From Methylorubrum extorquens (GTDB lineage Bacteria; Pseudomonadota; Alphaproteobacteria; Rhizobiales; Beijerinckiaceae), in NCBI GenBank assembly GCA_900234795.1, contig LT962688.1, positions 5,310,001-5,342,000 of the forward strand: a stretch of 32,000 bases of DNA. Direction: 5' to 3'. The notes below the pieces were generated by a model. The model saw only the letters and a list, made by a program, of their open reading frames with translations, ran no database searches and was not told the DNA's origin. How positions within the stretch are numbered: the stretch's first letter is position 1; every line of letters starts with the position of its first letter. Positions 1 through 7,834 of this stretch are shown here, piece by piece. Made by a program: the position numbers and the translations under genes.

Positions 1-30
1 CGAAGCGGACCCGAAGAGCCCGAGCGATGA
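1..30 (+). CDS. 3' end of an upstream gene (possibly fliM, by synteny), truncated by the window edge
   Basis: Frame 1 is open from base 1 and stops at TGA 28-30. This forms an ATGA overlap with the fliN start at 27, which suggests translational coupling. Only 9 codons are visible, so the identity rests on gene order alone. Confidence 0.25.
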   Translation, partial: RSGPEEPER

Positions 31-353
31 GCAGCAGCCCCTTCCCCGATACCGATCTGGCCGGCACCGAGCCCCGCGTCGGCGACGGGCGCAACCTCGA
101 TTCGATCCTGCGCATCCCGGTGCTGATGCAGGTCGTGCTCGGTTCGGCGACCATGCCGGTGGCGGATCTGATGAAGCTCGGGCGCGGCGCCGTCGTCCCC
201 CTCGACCACCGGGTCGGCGAGCCGGTCGACGTGATGGTCAACGGCCGGGTCATCGCACGGGGCGAGATCGTGATCGTCGAGGAGGACAATTCCCGGTTCG
301 GCGTGTCGCTGACCGAGGTGGTCGGCCCCTCCGCCACCGACCAGAACACCTGA
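27..353 (+). CDS. fliN: Flagellar motor switch protein FliN
   Basis: 108 aa. Carries the SpoA/FliN C-terminal signature LDSILRIPVLMQVVLGSATMPVADLMKLGRGAVVPLDHRVGEPVDVMVNGRVIARGEIVIVEEDNSRFGVSLTEVV. It sits directly upstream of fliG. Confidence 0.9.
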   Translation: MSSSPFPDTDLAGTEPRVGDGRNLDSILRIPVLMQVVLGSATMPVADLMKLGRGAVVPLDHRVGEPVDVMVNGRVIARGEIVIVEEDNSRFGVSLTEVVGPSATDQNT

Positions 354-375
354 GCCCGGGCGAGAACGGGCCGCC

Positions 376-1457
376 ATGTCTTCGAGCCCTCTGGCATCGA
401 GCCCCGTCCCTTCGGACGCCGTCTCCTCGGGCGCCGTCGCCCCCCGTGCGGTGGCGACCCGGCGGCTCGAGCCCGTCGATCAGGTCGCGGCGCTGCTGCT
501 CGCCATGGGCAAGCCCGCGGCCGGGCGGCTCATCAAGTATTTCGAGCCGGACGAGCTCAAGCGCATCACCCGCTCGGCCTCGAATCTCGGCGCGGTCAGC
601 CCCGAGCAGCTCGACACGGTGGTGGAGCATTTCTCCGCCGAGTTCTCCGCCGGCAACAGCCTGATCGGCACCGCCAGCGAGGTCGAGAAGCTGCTCAGCG
701 GCCTGCTGCCGGCCGACCAGATCGCCGACATCCTCGCCGACGTGCGCGGCAGCGCCACCCGCTCGGTGTGGGATCGGCTCGCCACCGTGCAGGAGAGCGT
801 GCTGGCGAGCTACCTCGTCAAGGAGCACCCGCAGACCGCCGCGCTGATCCTGTCGAAGGTGAAGCCCGCCACCGCCGCCAAGGTGATGGGCCACCTGCCC
901 GCGCCGGTGCGCAACACGGTGATGCGGCGGATGCTGAGCTTCAAGCCAATCGTCGACGACGTGCTGCACGCGATCGAGAAGACCCTGCACGAGGACTTCA
1001 TGATCAACGGCGCGCGCAATTCCGGCGCCGACACGCACGCCAAGATGGCCGACATCATCAACAAGATGGAGCGCCAGCAGATGGACGACGTGCTCTCCAG
1101 CCTCGGCGAGTCGCGTCCGAAATCGGTCGAGATCCTCAAGGGTCTGCTCTTCACCTTCGACGACATCGTCAAGCTGGCGCCGCGCGCCCGCACCACCCTG
1201 TTCGATGCCGTGCCCAACGACCGGCTGGTGCTGGCGCTGAAGGGGGGACGGAGGCCGACTTCCGCACCACGGTGCTCAGCGCCCTCTCGGCGCGCGTGCG
1301 CCGCATGGTCGAACACGAGCTGAACGGCGGCGAGCCGGCGGCGCAGCGCGACGTGCTGGAAGCGCGCCGCACCATCACCGATCTGGCGATGGAGATGGCC
1401 GGGCGCGGCGAGATCGAGATCAATCCGGGAGGCGAGGATGAAGCGCTCATCCGCTGA
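376..1457 (+). pseudogene. fliG: Flagellar motor switch protein FliG, reading frame interrupted at a G6 run (1242-1247)
   Basis: Frame 1 (376..1323) gives the FliG N-terminal and middle domains (EPVDQVAALLLAMGKPAAGRLIKYFEPDELKRI..., HPQTAALILSKVKPATAAKVMGHLP) up to LVLALKGG, then degenerates. Frame 3 carries the conserved C-terminal domain (TEADFRTTVLSALSARVRRMVEHEL...RRTITDLAMEMAGRGEIEI) to the stop at 1457. The span is 1082 nt, which is 3n+2. Confidence 0.9.
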
Positions 1458-1500
1458 TCCGCGCCCCCGGCGTCAGCTTCGGCATCGGCGGGGCTGATGC

Positions 1501-2563
1501 GTGGCGGACGACGACAAGGAGAGCAAGACCGAAGCCGCCACCGAGCGGCGGGTGCGCGACGCGATCGAGAAGGGCGACATCCCGTTCTCGCGCGAGGCGC
1601 CGGTCTTCGCCTCGACGCTCGGCCTGCTGATCGCGCTGGCCCTGTTCGCGCGGGGGCAGGCGGCGCAGCTCGCCGGCGACTTCGCGCCGCTCCTCGACGA
1701 TCCGCGCGGCTTCTCCCTGGAGTCCGGCGGCGACGCGATGCTGCTGCTCAGCCGCGTGGCGCTGGCGGCCGGGCGCTTCCTGCTGCCGATCCTGCTGATC
1801 CTGGCGGTCTGCAGTCTCAGCGCCTCGCTTCTGCAGAACCTGCCGCGCTTCGTTCTCGACCGGATCACGCCGAAATGGTCGCGGGTGTCGCCGATGGCGG
1901 GTTTCGCGCGAATCTTCGGAACCTCGGGTCAAGTCGAGTTCCTGAAATCCCCTCGTTAAATTCCTGTCGGTCAGTGTCGTTGCCCTTCTGCTCCTGCGCT
2001 CGGAGCGGACAAGAGCCGTGAACGCCATGTTCGTCGATCCGAGCCAACTGCCCGAACTGATCCTGACGGTCGCGATCCGTCTGGTCTCGGCTGTGGCCAT
2101 CGCCACCATCGTCATCGTCGCGGGCGATCTCGTCTGGGCGCGGCTGCGCTGGCAGCGCTCGCTGCGGATGTCGCACCAGGACATCAAGGACGAGCACAAG
2201 CAGACCGAGGGCGATCCGTCGGTCAAGGCGCGGCTGCGCTCGCTCGCCCAGGACCGCGCCCGCAACCGGATGCTCGCCAATGTCGACCGGGCGACCGTAG
2301 TGATCGCCAACCCGACCCATTTCGCGGTGGCCCTGCGCTACGAGCCCAGCGAAAACCCGGCCCCCCTCGTAATCGCCAAGGGGCAGGACCTCATCGCGCT
2401 GCGTATCCGCGCGATCGCCGAGGAAAAAGGCATCGCCGTGATCGAGGACAAGCCTCTCGCAAGATCCCTGTACGATGCTGTGCAGGTCGATCAGACGATT
2501 CCTGCAGAATTTTACCGCGCCGTGGCGCAGATCCTTTTCTTCCTTTTCGCGAGAGCCCGATGA
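1501..2563 (+). pseudogene. flhB: Flagellar export apparatus protein FlhB, reading frame interrupted at a C4 run (1949-1952)
   Basis: GTG 1501 opens a typical FlhB N-terminus (DKESKTEAATERRVRDAIEKGDIPFSRE) but hits TAA at 1957-1959. Frame 2 continues without a gap as LVKFLSVSVVALLLL... and includes the signatures SHQDIKDEHKQTEGDPSVKARLR and VVIANPTHFAVALRY (NPTH autocleavage site). It ends at 2563. The span is 1063 nt, which is 3n+1. Confidence 0.9.
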
Positions 2564-3006
2564 CCCCTCAGGTCCAACGTTTCGCGCCAGGACCGTCGGC
2601 CGTCCCGCACAGCCATGCGGCGGCCGAACAGATCTTCGCCGAGGCGCTGCGCGACTTCATCGCCGAGCTGTGCCTGCTCGATGGCGGCGTGCTGATCGGC
2701 TGGATCCGCGGCGAGCGGCACGGCAACATCGCCGATATCGTCTCTTCCTCGGCCGAGCTGTTCTTCAAGGAATCGGTGCTGACCTACGCCGACGCGGCCG
2801 ATGTGTGCCTCGATTGGGGCCGCTCCATGCAGGTGGTCCTCGATCTCGAATTCGCCGCCGAATCGGTGACGGTCTTCTTCAAGCTCGTGCTCGACGAGGT
2901 GTTCGCGGGCGTCGCGATCCAGCGAATCGTCGCGGAGGAGACGGCAGCGCTCTCCCTGGAAAACTTCGCCCACGCCCTCCGTCAGGCCCGGGTCGGGCAC
3001 GCGTGA
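2560..3006 (+). CDS. Hypothetical acidic 148-aa protein, translationally coupled to flhB
   Basis: The ATG at 2560 overlaps the flhB stop (ATGA). Third-position GC is very high across the whole ORF. I recognised no family motif, signal peptide or TM segment. Confidence 0.7.
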   Translation: MTPQVQRFAPGPSAVPHSHAAAEQIFAEALRDFIAELCLLDGGVLIGWIRGERHGNIADIVSSSAELFFKESVLTYADAADVCLDWGRSMQVVLDLEFAAESVTVFFKLVLDEVFAGVAIQRIVAEETAALSLENFAHALRQARVGHA

Positions 3007-3227
3007 AGCGGCGCGAATGCCACGCGCATCACACGAACACCGTCACTGTCTGAAAATGTACAATCAGTAGATTGACCCCCTTGCGGCCGCGCTCCATGAA
3101 TCGGGTGCGGCAGCGTCTCGATGCGTTGCGGAAGGCGGCGGAGACGGTCTTCCGGTGGCGCCCGAAACCTGCCCAGATCGCGGCGCAGTGGCAGGGCGAT
3201 CCGGCGGGATCAGGGGGATGGTCGTCG

Positions 3228-3929
3228 ATGTATTTCCTGGTCGATCCGCGCGATACCGTGAACGCGGGTTACAAGGCCAGCTTCGAGCGTGAGGGCATTT
3301 CCTCGTTCGCGCTCATGCCCGACGAGTTCCTGAGTTGGCTCCGGGCAGCCTCTCCCGCCGACCTCGAAGCGATCCAGGGCTTCCTTCTCGGCGATTTCGC
3401 GGAGCGGGCGAAATGCGCGGGCGTCATCCGCAAGCAGTCCCGCGCACCGATCATCGCGCTCGCCGATCTGCGCTCGCTCGAGCAGACCGTCGAACTGCTG
3501 GAAGCCGGCATCGACGACGTGCTGCCCAAGCCCGTCCATGTCCGCGAGATCCTGGCCCGCTCGGAAGCGATCTGGCGCCGGGTCAACGGGGCCGTTCAAC
3601 CGAGCGAGGCGGAGGGCGAGACCGAGGGCGAGGCGCGGGGGCCGGACCGGCTCAAGGTCTTCCACGACGGGCGCGACCCCGAGATCGACGGCGTGCCGTT
3701 GTCCCTGCCGCGGCGGGAGCGGCACATTCTCGAATATCTCGTACGCAACCGCGGGCGCCGGCTCACCAAGACCCAGGTCTTCAACGTGGTCTACGGCGTC
3801 TACAGCAACGGCGTCGAGGAGAGCGTGATCGAGGGCCATGTGAGCAAGCTGCGCAAGAAGCTCGCCGAGCGGCTCGGCTACGATCCGATCGAGGCCAAGC
3901 GTTACATGGGCTACACTTACGTCGGGTAA
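3228..3929 (+). CDS. ftcR: OmpR-family winged-helix response regulator, FtcR/Rem-like flagellar regulator (the ORF is open from TTG 3072; ATG 3228 is favoured)
   Basis: The C-terminus is a classic OmpR/PhoB winged helix (RERHILEYLVRNRGRRLTKTQVFNVVYG...IEGHVSKLRKKLAERLGYDPIEAKRYMGYTYVG). The N-terminus is receiver-like (MYFLVDPRD..., PIIALAD, DDVLPKPV). ATG 3228 follows a GGGGGA Shine-Dalgarno-like motif. The position next to the motB-motC-fliK-transglycosylase run matches where ftcR (Brucella) and rem (Sinorhizobium) sit, as I recall it. Confidence 0.7.
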   Translation: MYFLVDPRDTVNAGYKASFEREGISSFALMPDEFLSWLRAASPADLEAIQGFLLGDFAERAKCAGVIRKQSRAPIIALADLRSLEQTVELLEAGIDDVLPKPVHVREILARSEAIWRRVNGAVQPSEAEGETEGEARGPDRLKVFHDGRDPEIDGVPLSLPRRERHILEYLVRNRGRRLTKTQVFNVVYGVYSNGVEESVIEGHVSKLRKKLAERLGYDPIEAKRYMGYTYVG

Positions 3930-3936
3930 GCCGGAT

Positions 3937-4605
3937 CTACTGGCAGAACGACTTCGCACCCGGCGTCCAGTTGCCGAAGCCGGTGGCGACCATATTGGTG
4001 ATGACCCGGCAGACATAGACCTTCTGCGCCGGGTTGTTGTTCGGCCCGGCATGGTAGCGCGCCACGGCGAGCGTCCAGCTTCCCTCGCGCTCCTTCAGCT
4101 CCTTCAGAAAGCGCGTCGCGTATTCGACGTTCTGGGCCGGGTCGATCATCGCCTCCAGCGAGGCGAATTTCGCCCGGTGATAGTGATGGTTAATCTGCAT
4201 GCAGCCGAGATCGACCAGGCGCACGCCCTCCTGCTGCGCCTGGGCGAGGCGCTGGATCACGTCGGCGGCGCCGCTGCCGAAATAGGCCTTGCCGCCGATA
4301 TTCATGGCGTAGGGCTGGAGCGAGCCGCGGTTGCCGCTCTCCGTCAGCCCGACCGCGTAGAGCATGCCGAGCGGTACGCCGTGCTTGGCCGCCGCCTGCG
4401 CCATCTGGCGCTCGCAGACACGGGAGGCGCCGGCCATCAAGGGACGTTTCGAGCCGCCGCGCGCGTCGCCGCCCAGTGCGCCCGCCTGCGCGGAGGCAGC
4501 CTCCGCAGCGCCCTCGGCGGCGGTGGAATGCGCGGCCGCCGCATTCGGGCCGGCGGCGCTAGAGATACAGGCTGCTGCGATCGCGCCCGCGAGAATCCGT
4601 CTCAT
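3937..4605 (-). CDS. Secreted lytic transglycosylase (SLT domain), associated with the flagellar cluster
   Basis: Signal peptide MRRILAGAIAAACISSAAG. SLT catalytic region LYAVGLTESGN (catalytic Glu), then GCMQIN and AVARYHAG. It is the last gene of the fliF...fliK run. Confidence 0.85.
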   Translation of the reverse strand: MRRILAGAIAAACISSAAGPNAAAAHSTAAEGAAEAASAQAGALGGDARGGSKRPLMAGASRVCERQMAQAAAKHGVPLGMLYAVGLTESGNRGSLQPYAMNIGGKAYFGSGAADVIQRLAQAQQEGVRLVDLGCMQINHHYHRAKFASLEAMIDPAQNVEYATRFLKELKEREGSWTLAVARYHAGPNNNPAQKVYVCRVITNMVATGFGNWTPGAKSFCQ

Positions 4606-6415
4606 AGTCCTGCTCCTCGGTGGGCGTGGCGGCCGCGTCCGCGCGCGGGGACGGGCGCCGGCCCGATTGGTCGGGCGTCGCTGCGCCCGGCTGTCTGTCG
4701 TGCTGGCCGCCCTGCGATCCGGCGAAGGACGCGAATCCCTGACCGCGCGGCCCGGCTTCGCCCGCGCCGGCGCCGCCCGATTGAATCGTCACGGCCTCGG
4801 GCTCGTAGCCGGCCTCGCGCAGCAGGCCGGCGAGCAGGTCGCCCTCCTTGCGCAGGCGCTCGGCGGTCTCCTCGCGGCTGGTGCGCAGGCTCATTTCCAG
4901 CCGCCCGTCCTGCAGGCGCATCCGCACCAGCACCGAGCCGAGATCGGCCGGGTGGAGCTGGAGCGTGAGGATCTTCAGCGGCCCGGCCTCGGTCGAAGCG
5001 GGAACGGGACGGGCCGATGGGGTCGCCATCGCCGCGGGCGCGGCCGGCAACTGGGCGGCGACCGCGTCGACGATCTGGCGCAGCGGCGAGGCCGGCGCCG
5101 GCGTCGGCAGGCCGGCCGTCTCCTGCGGACCGGATGGCGCCAACGGCATGTCCGGGCGCGGCGCTTCGATCGTCACCGCGTCGCTTCCAGTCCTCTCGGC
5201 GCGCGCACCACCTTCGGCCTGCGGTCGCGGCACGGCCACGGCGGCATGCTCCGGCATCGTATCGGGGCGTGCGATAGCGGTCGGACGATCTTGCCGCGAT
5301 TCCGGGTCACGTCGGGTCTGCCCCGGCGTGCCGGGTTGGGTGACGGTGGTCGGCTCGGGGAGGCTTGTGCTCTCCGGTTGATCGAGGAGCGCGGCATTAT
5401 CCGCCGCACCGGCCGGCTCGGCCTGATCGCTCCGGGGCGCCGCGCGTCCGCGGGAAGCGGGGCTTCGCGGAGCTTCGGCGCCGGCCGCTTGCGCCAGGGG
5501 AGCGCCCGCCGCTTGCCGAACGGCCTCGTCCGGTGCTGGTGCAGGGCTCGCCGGGGCCGATTCGGCGAGGCGGCCGGGGCCTGGAACGGGCGAGGCCGGC
5601 CGCGCTGATGTCGTGGCGGCTGGTGCCGTCAGCGCGTTCGCGGGCGCCTCCGGTGCCTGACGATCGGACGACACTGCCGGGTCGCTGGCGTCGCTGCGGG
5701 CTGCCGGGGGCTGCATCGCGGCCGATCCCGCCGGGAGCGGTCCGTCCGTCCGTCCGGCCGGCAATGCCGATGGCACGGTCGCATCGGGCGCCGGCGCGAC
5801 CGGCGGGGTACCGGGAAGAGGAGCCCTTCCTGCGCTCACCGGAGCGATTGGCGCGGCGCCGATGCTTCCGGGTGTCGCGAGCGTCTGCGGCGCGGATGGC
5901 TCGATCGGTCCCGGCTCGATGGCCGTTTCCGCCGGTGCCGCGGCGCCATGCGGCCGGACCGGCGCGAAATGCGTTTCCAGGCCGACCATCGACATCTGCA
6001 AGGCCGGCTCCACCGGGGCCGGGCCGGGCCCTGATCCGGCCCGTGCGGCGGCTCGCTGCACCATGGCCTCCAGGCTGGCATCCGGGGGAGCCGCGATGGC
6101 CGGCGCCGCGGGACCGGTGAGCGCCATCAGCGCCTGCAAGGCCGAGCCGCCGACGTCGAGAGTGGTGGCGGGCAAGGCCTCGGCGGGGAGGGTGGGCGAC
6201 ATGTCCGTCCCGGCCTCGACCTGTTCCGCCGCGGCCTCTCCGGTCCGTGCCGTGCCCGTATCGGCCGTCCCGCGCTCCGCCGCGCCGTTCTCGAAGGCGC
6301 CGAGCATCGCCTCGAAATCAGGCGGGACGCCCGCGCGCGCATCCTCGCCCGAAGGGGCGCGACCGGCCTCGGACTTCGGCCGCAGAAGGGGGAGGGTGTC
6401 GAGAGACCGCATCAC
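4559..6415 (-). CDS. fliK: Flagellar hook-length control protein FliK (MotD-type)
   Basis: About 618 aa, with an extremely Pro/Ala-rich N-terminal and central part. The C-terminus has a Flg_hook-like domain (LKILTLQLHPADLGSVLVRMRLQDGRLEMSLRTSREETAERLRKEGDLLAGLLREAGYE). It follows motC as in Rhizobiales. The start is GTG 6415 or ATG 6412. The 3' end overlaps the transglycosylase start by 47 nt. Confidence 0.8.
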   Translation of the reverse strand: MMRSLDTLPLLRPKSEAGRAPSGEDARAGVPPDFEAMLGAFENGAAERGTADTGTARTGEAAAEQVEAGTDMSPTLPAEALPATTLDVGGSALQALMALTGPAAPAIAAPPDASLEAMVQRAAARAGSGPGPAPVEPALQMSMVGLETHFAPVRPHGAAAPAETAIEPGPIEPSAPQTLATPGSIGAAPIAPVSAGRAPLPGTPPVAPAPDATVPSALPAGRTDGPLPAGSAAMQPPAARSDASDPAVSSDRQAPEAPANALTAPAATTSARPASPVPGPGRLAESAPASPAPAPDEAVRQAAGAPLAQAAGAEAPRSPASRGRAAPRSDQAEPAGAADNAALLDQPESTSLPEPTTVTQPGTPGQTRRDPESRQDRPTAIARPDTMPEHAAVAVPRPQAEGGARAERTGSDAVTIEAPRPDMPLAPSGPQETAGLPTPAPASPLRQIVDAVAAQLPAAPAAMATPSARPVPASTEAGPLKILTLQLHPADLGSVLVRMRLQDGRLEMSLRTSREETAERLRKEGDLLAGLLREAGYEPEAVTIQSGGAGAGEAGPRGQGFASFAGSQGGQHDRQPGAATPDQSGRRPSPRADAAATPTEEQDYETDSRGRDRSSLYL

Positions 6416-6451
6416 GGGTCGATCGTCCGATGGTTGGAGTGCGGGAAGGAC

Positions 6452-7834
6452 TCAAGGGCTGCGGGTGGGGGCATCCATGGCGCGCTCGGCCCGGGCCAGG
6501 GCTTCCTGTGCCCGCAGGAGCGAACCGGATTCCGGGATCGGCCGGCTCGAAGAGGGTGGCGGGGTCGCGGCGGCTTCGGCGACGGCGGAGGGCGTGCGGA
6601 TCTGCCGGGCGGTGGAGAGCGCGGCGTCCAGCAGTTCGGCGTCGGTCGGCACGAAATCGGCGCGGTCGAGGCCGCGCAGGGCCTCGTAGCCCTCTTCGAA
6701 GCGCCCGTCGGCCACGATCAGCGCCGCGCCGCGATAGAGCCGCGCCTGCGCCGCCGGCTGGGAATCCGGTGCGGCGAGCCCCATCGCCCGCTCGGCGGAA
6801 AACAGCGCGGTCTCGCGGCGGCCCTGTTCCAGACCGGCGCGCGCCACGAGCAGGTAGAGGTCGCGCCGGCCCTCGGGCTCGATCTCGTCGAGCATCCGCT
6901 CCAGGCTGGCGATGCGGGTGCGGTCGCTGTCGAAGTCGAGGCGGGTGAGCGCTCCGGCGAAGCGCTGGCGGAAGTTGCCGGCATAGACCGAGCGGCGGAA
7001 CCGGCGCAGATACTGGATCGCCAGCGCCTCGAAGCGCCGCGCATCGCCGCCCTGCGCCACGACGAAGATCTGGCGGCGCAGCGCCCCTTCCTCGACCAGC
7101 GTGCCGGGCGCCAGAAGCCGCGCGAGGTCGAGGAGTTCGAGCGACTTGACCGGCGCGTCGCGCACCATCAGCGCCGATTGCGTCAGCGCGAGCTGCCCGG
7201 CGAGGCCCGCGGGCATCGTGCGCGGGTCGATGCCGGCGAGCTTGGCCCGCGCCTCCCGCTCGCGCCCTTCCAGATAGGCCAGCGCCCCGAGCGCCAGGGG
7301 CTGTTCCGCCTCCGGCACCTTGCCGGATCTGAGGATCACCCGCAGGGCGCCCGGTCCGCCGCCCGCGAGCGCGAAGGTGACGGCGGCGCGCACGTTCTCC
7401 GCCTCGGCCCAGCTTTCGGGATCGAGGGCGATCAGCCGCTGCTCGATATGGCCGAGGAGCTGACGCTGCGCGAGATGCGCCTGGGTTGAGCCGCGGGCGA
7501 TGCGGTCCTGCAGGAGTTGGAGCGTGCGCGTCAGTTCGACGGGCAGGCCGTGCGCCTTCACCGGCAGCGGTTCGATCGGCTTTGCCGGGGCGCCGTGTCC
7601 GCCATGGTCGTCGGCGGCATGGGCTTCCGCGGGGGGCGCATGGGTGTCGCCGTGCTCGGCGGCCTTCGCCGGAGCGATGACGAGGCAAAGGGCGAGCGCG
7701 GCAGCCGTGAGGGCGTGGCGGGATACCCCTTCCATGGCCGTCGCGCAGCGGGATGGCTTCGCCGGCCGGCTCGCGACGACGGCGGAGCGGCTGAACCGGG
7801 CGAGAGGGCGCCTCGGAAGCGTCCGGAGGATCAT
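6452..7834 (-). CDS. motC: Periplasmic motility protein MotC
   Basis: Lies between motB and fliK, as in the Sinorhizobium/Brucella motB-motC-motD arrangement. There is an internal signal-peptide-like stretch, ALTAAALALCLVIAPAKA. ATG 7834 forms an ATGA overlap with the motB stop. ATG 7735 is an alternative start that would put the signal peptide at the N-terminus. Confidence 0.7.
   Translation of the reverse strand: MILRTLPRRPLARFSRSAVVASRPAKPSRCATAMEGVSRHALTAAALALCLVIAPAKAAEHGDTHAPPAEAHAADDHGGHGAPAKPIEPLPVKAHGLPVELTRTLQLLQDRIARGSTQAHLAQRQLLGHIEQRLIALDPESWAEAENVRAAVTFALAGGGPGALRVILRSGKVPEAEQPLALGALAYLEGREREARAKLAGIDPRTMPAGLAGQLALTQSALMVRDAPVKSLELLDLARLLAPGTLVEEGALRRQIFVVAQGGDARRFEALAIQYLRRFRRSVYAGNFRQRFAGALTRLDFDSDRTRIASLERMLDEIEPEGRRDLYLLVARAGLEQGRRETALFSAERAMGLAAPDSQPAAQARLYRGAALIVADGRFEEGYEALRGLDRADFVPTDAELLDAALSTARQIRTPSAVAEAAATPPPSSSRPIPESGSLLRAQEALARAERAMDAPTRSP

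Noticed and set aside
250-2310. Minus-strand ORFs 250..1038 and 1447..2310, antisense to fliN/fliG and to flhB
   Set aside because: They overlap recognised flagellar genes on the other strand, have a non-protein-like composition, and are not supported by third-position GC.
4364-5608. 414-aa plus-strand ORF opposite fliK
   Set aside because: It is the antisense frame of a Pro/Ala-rich gene, which automatically yields Gly/Arg-rich open frames. It has no start context or motifs.
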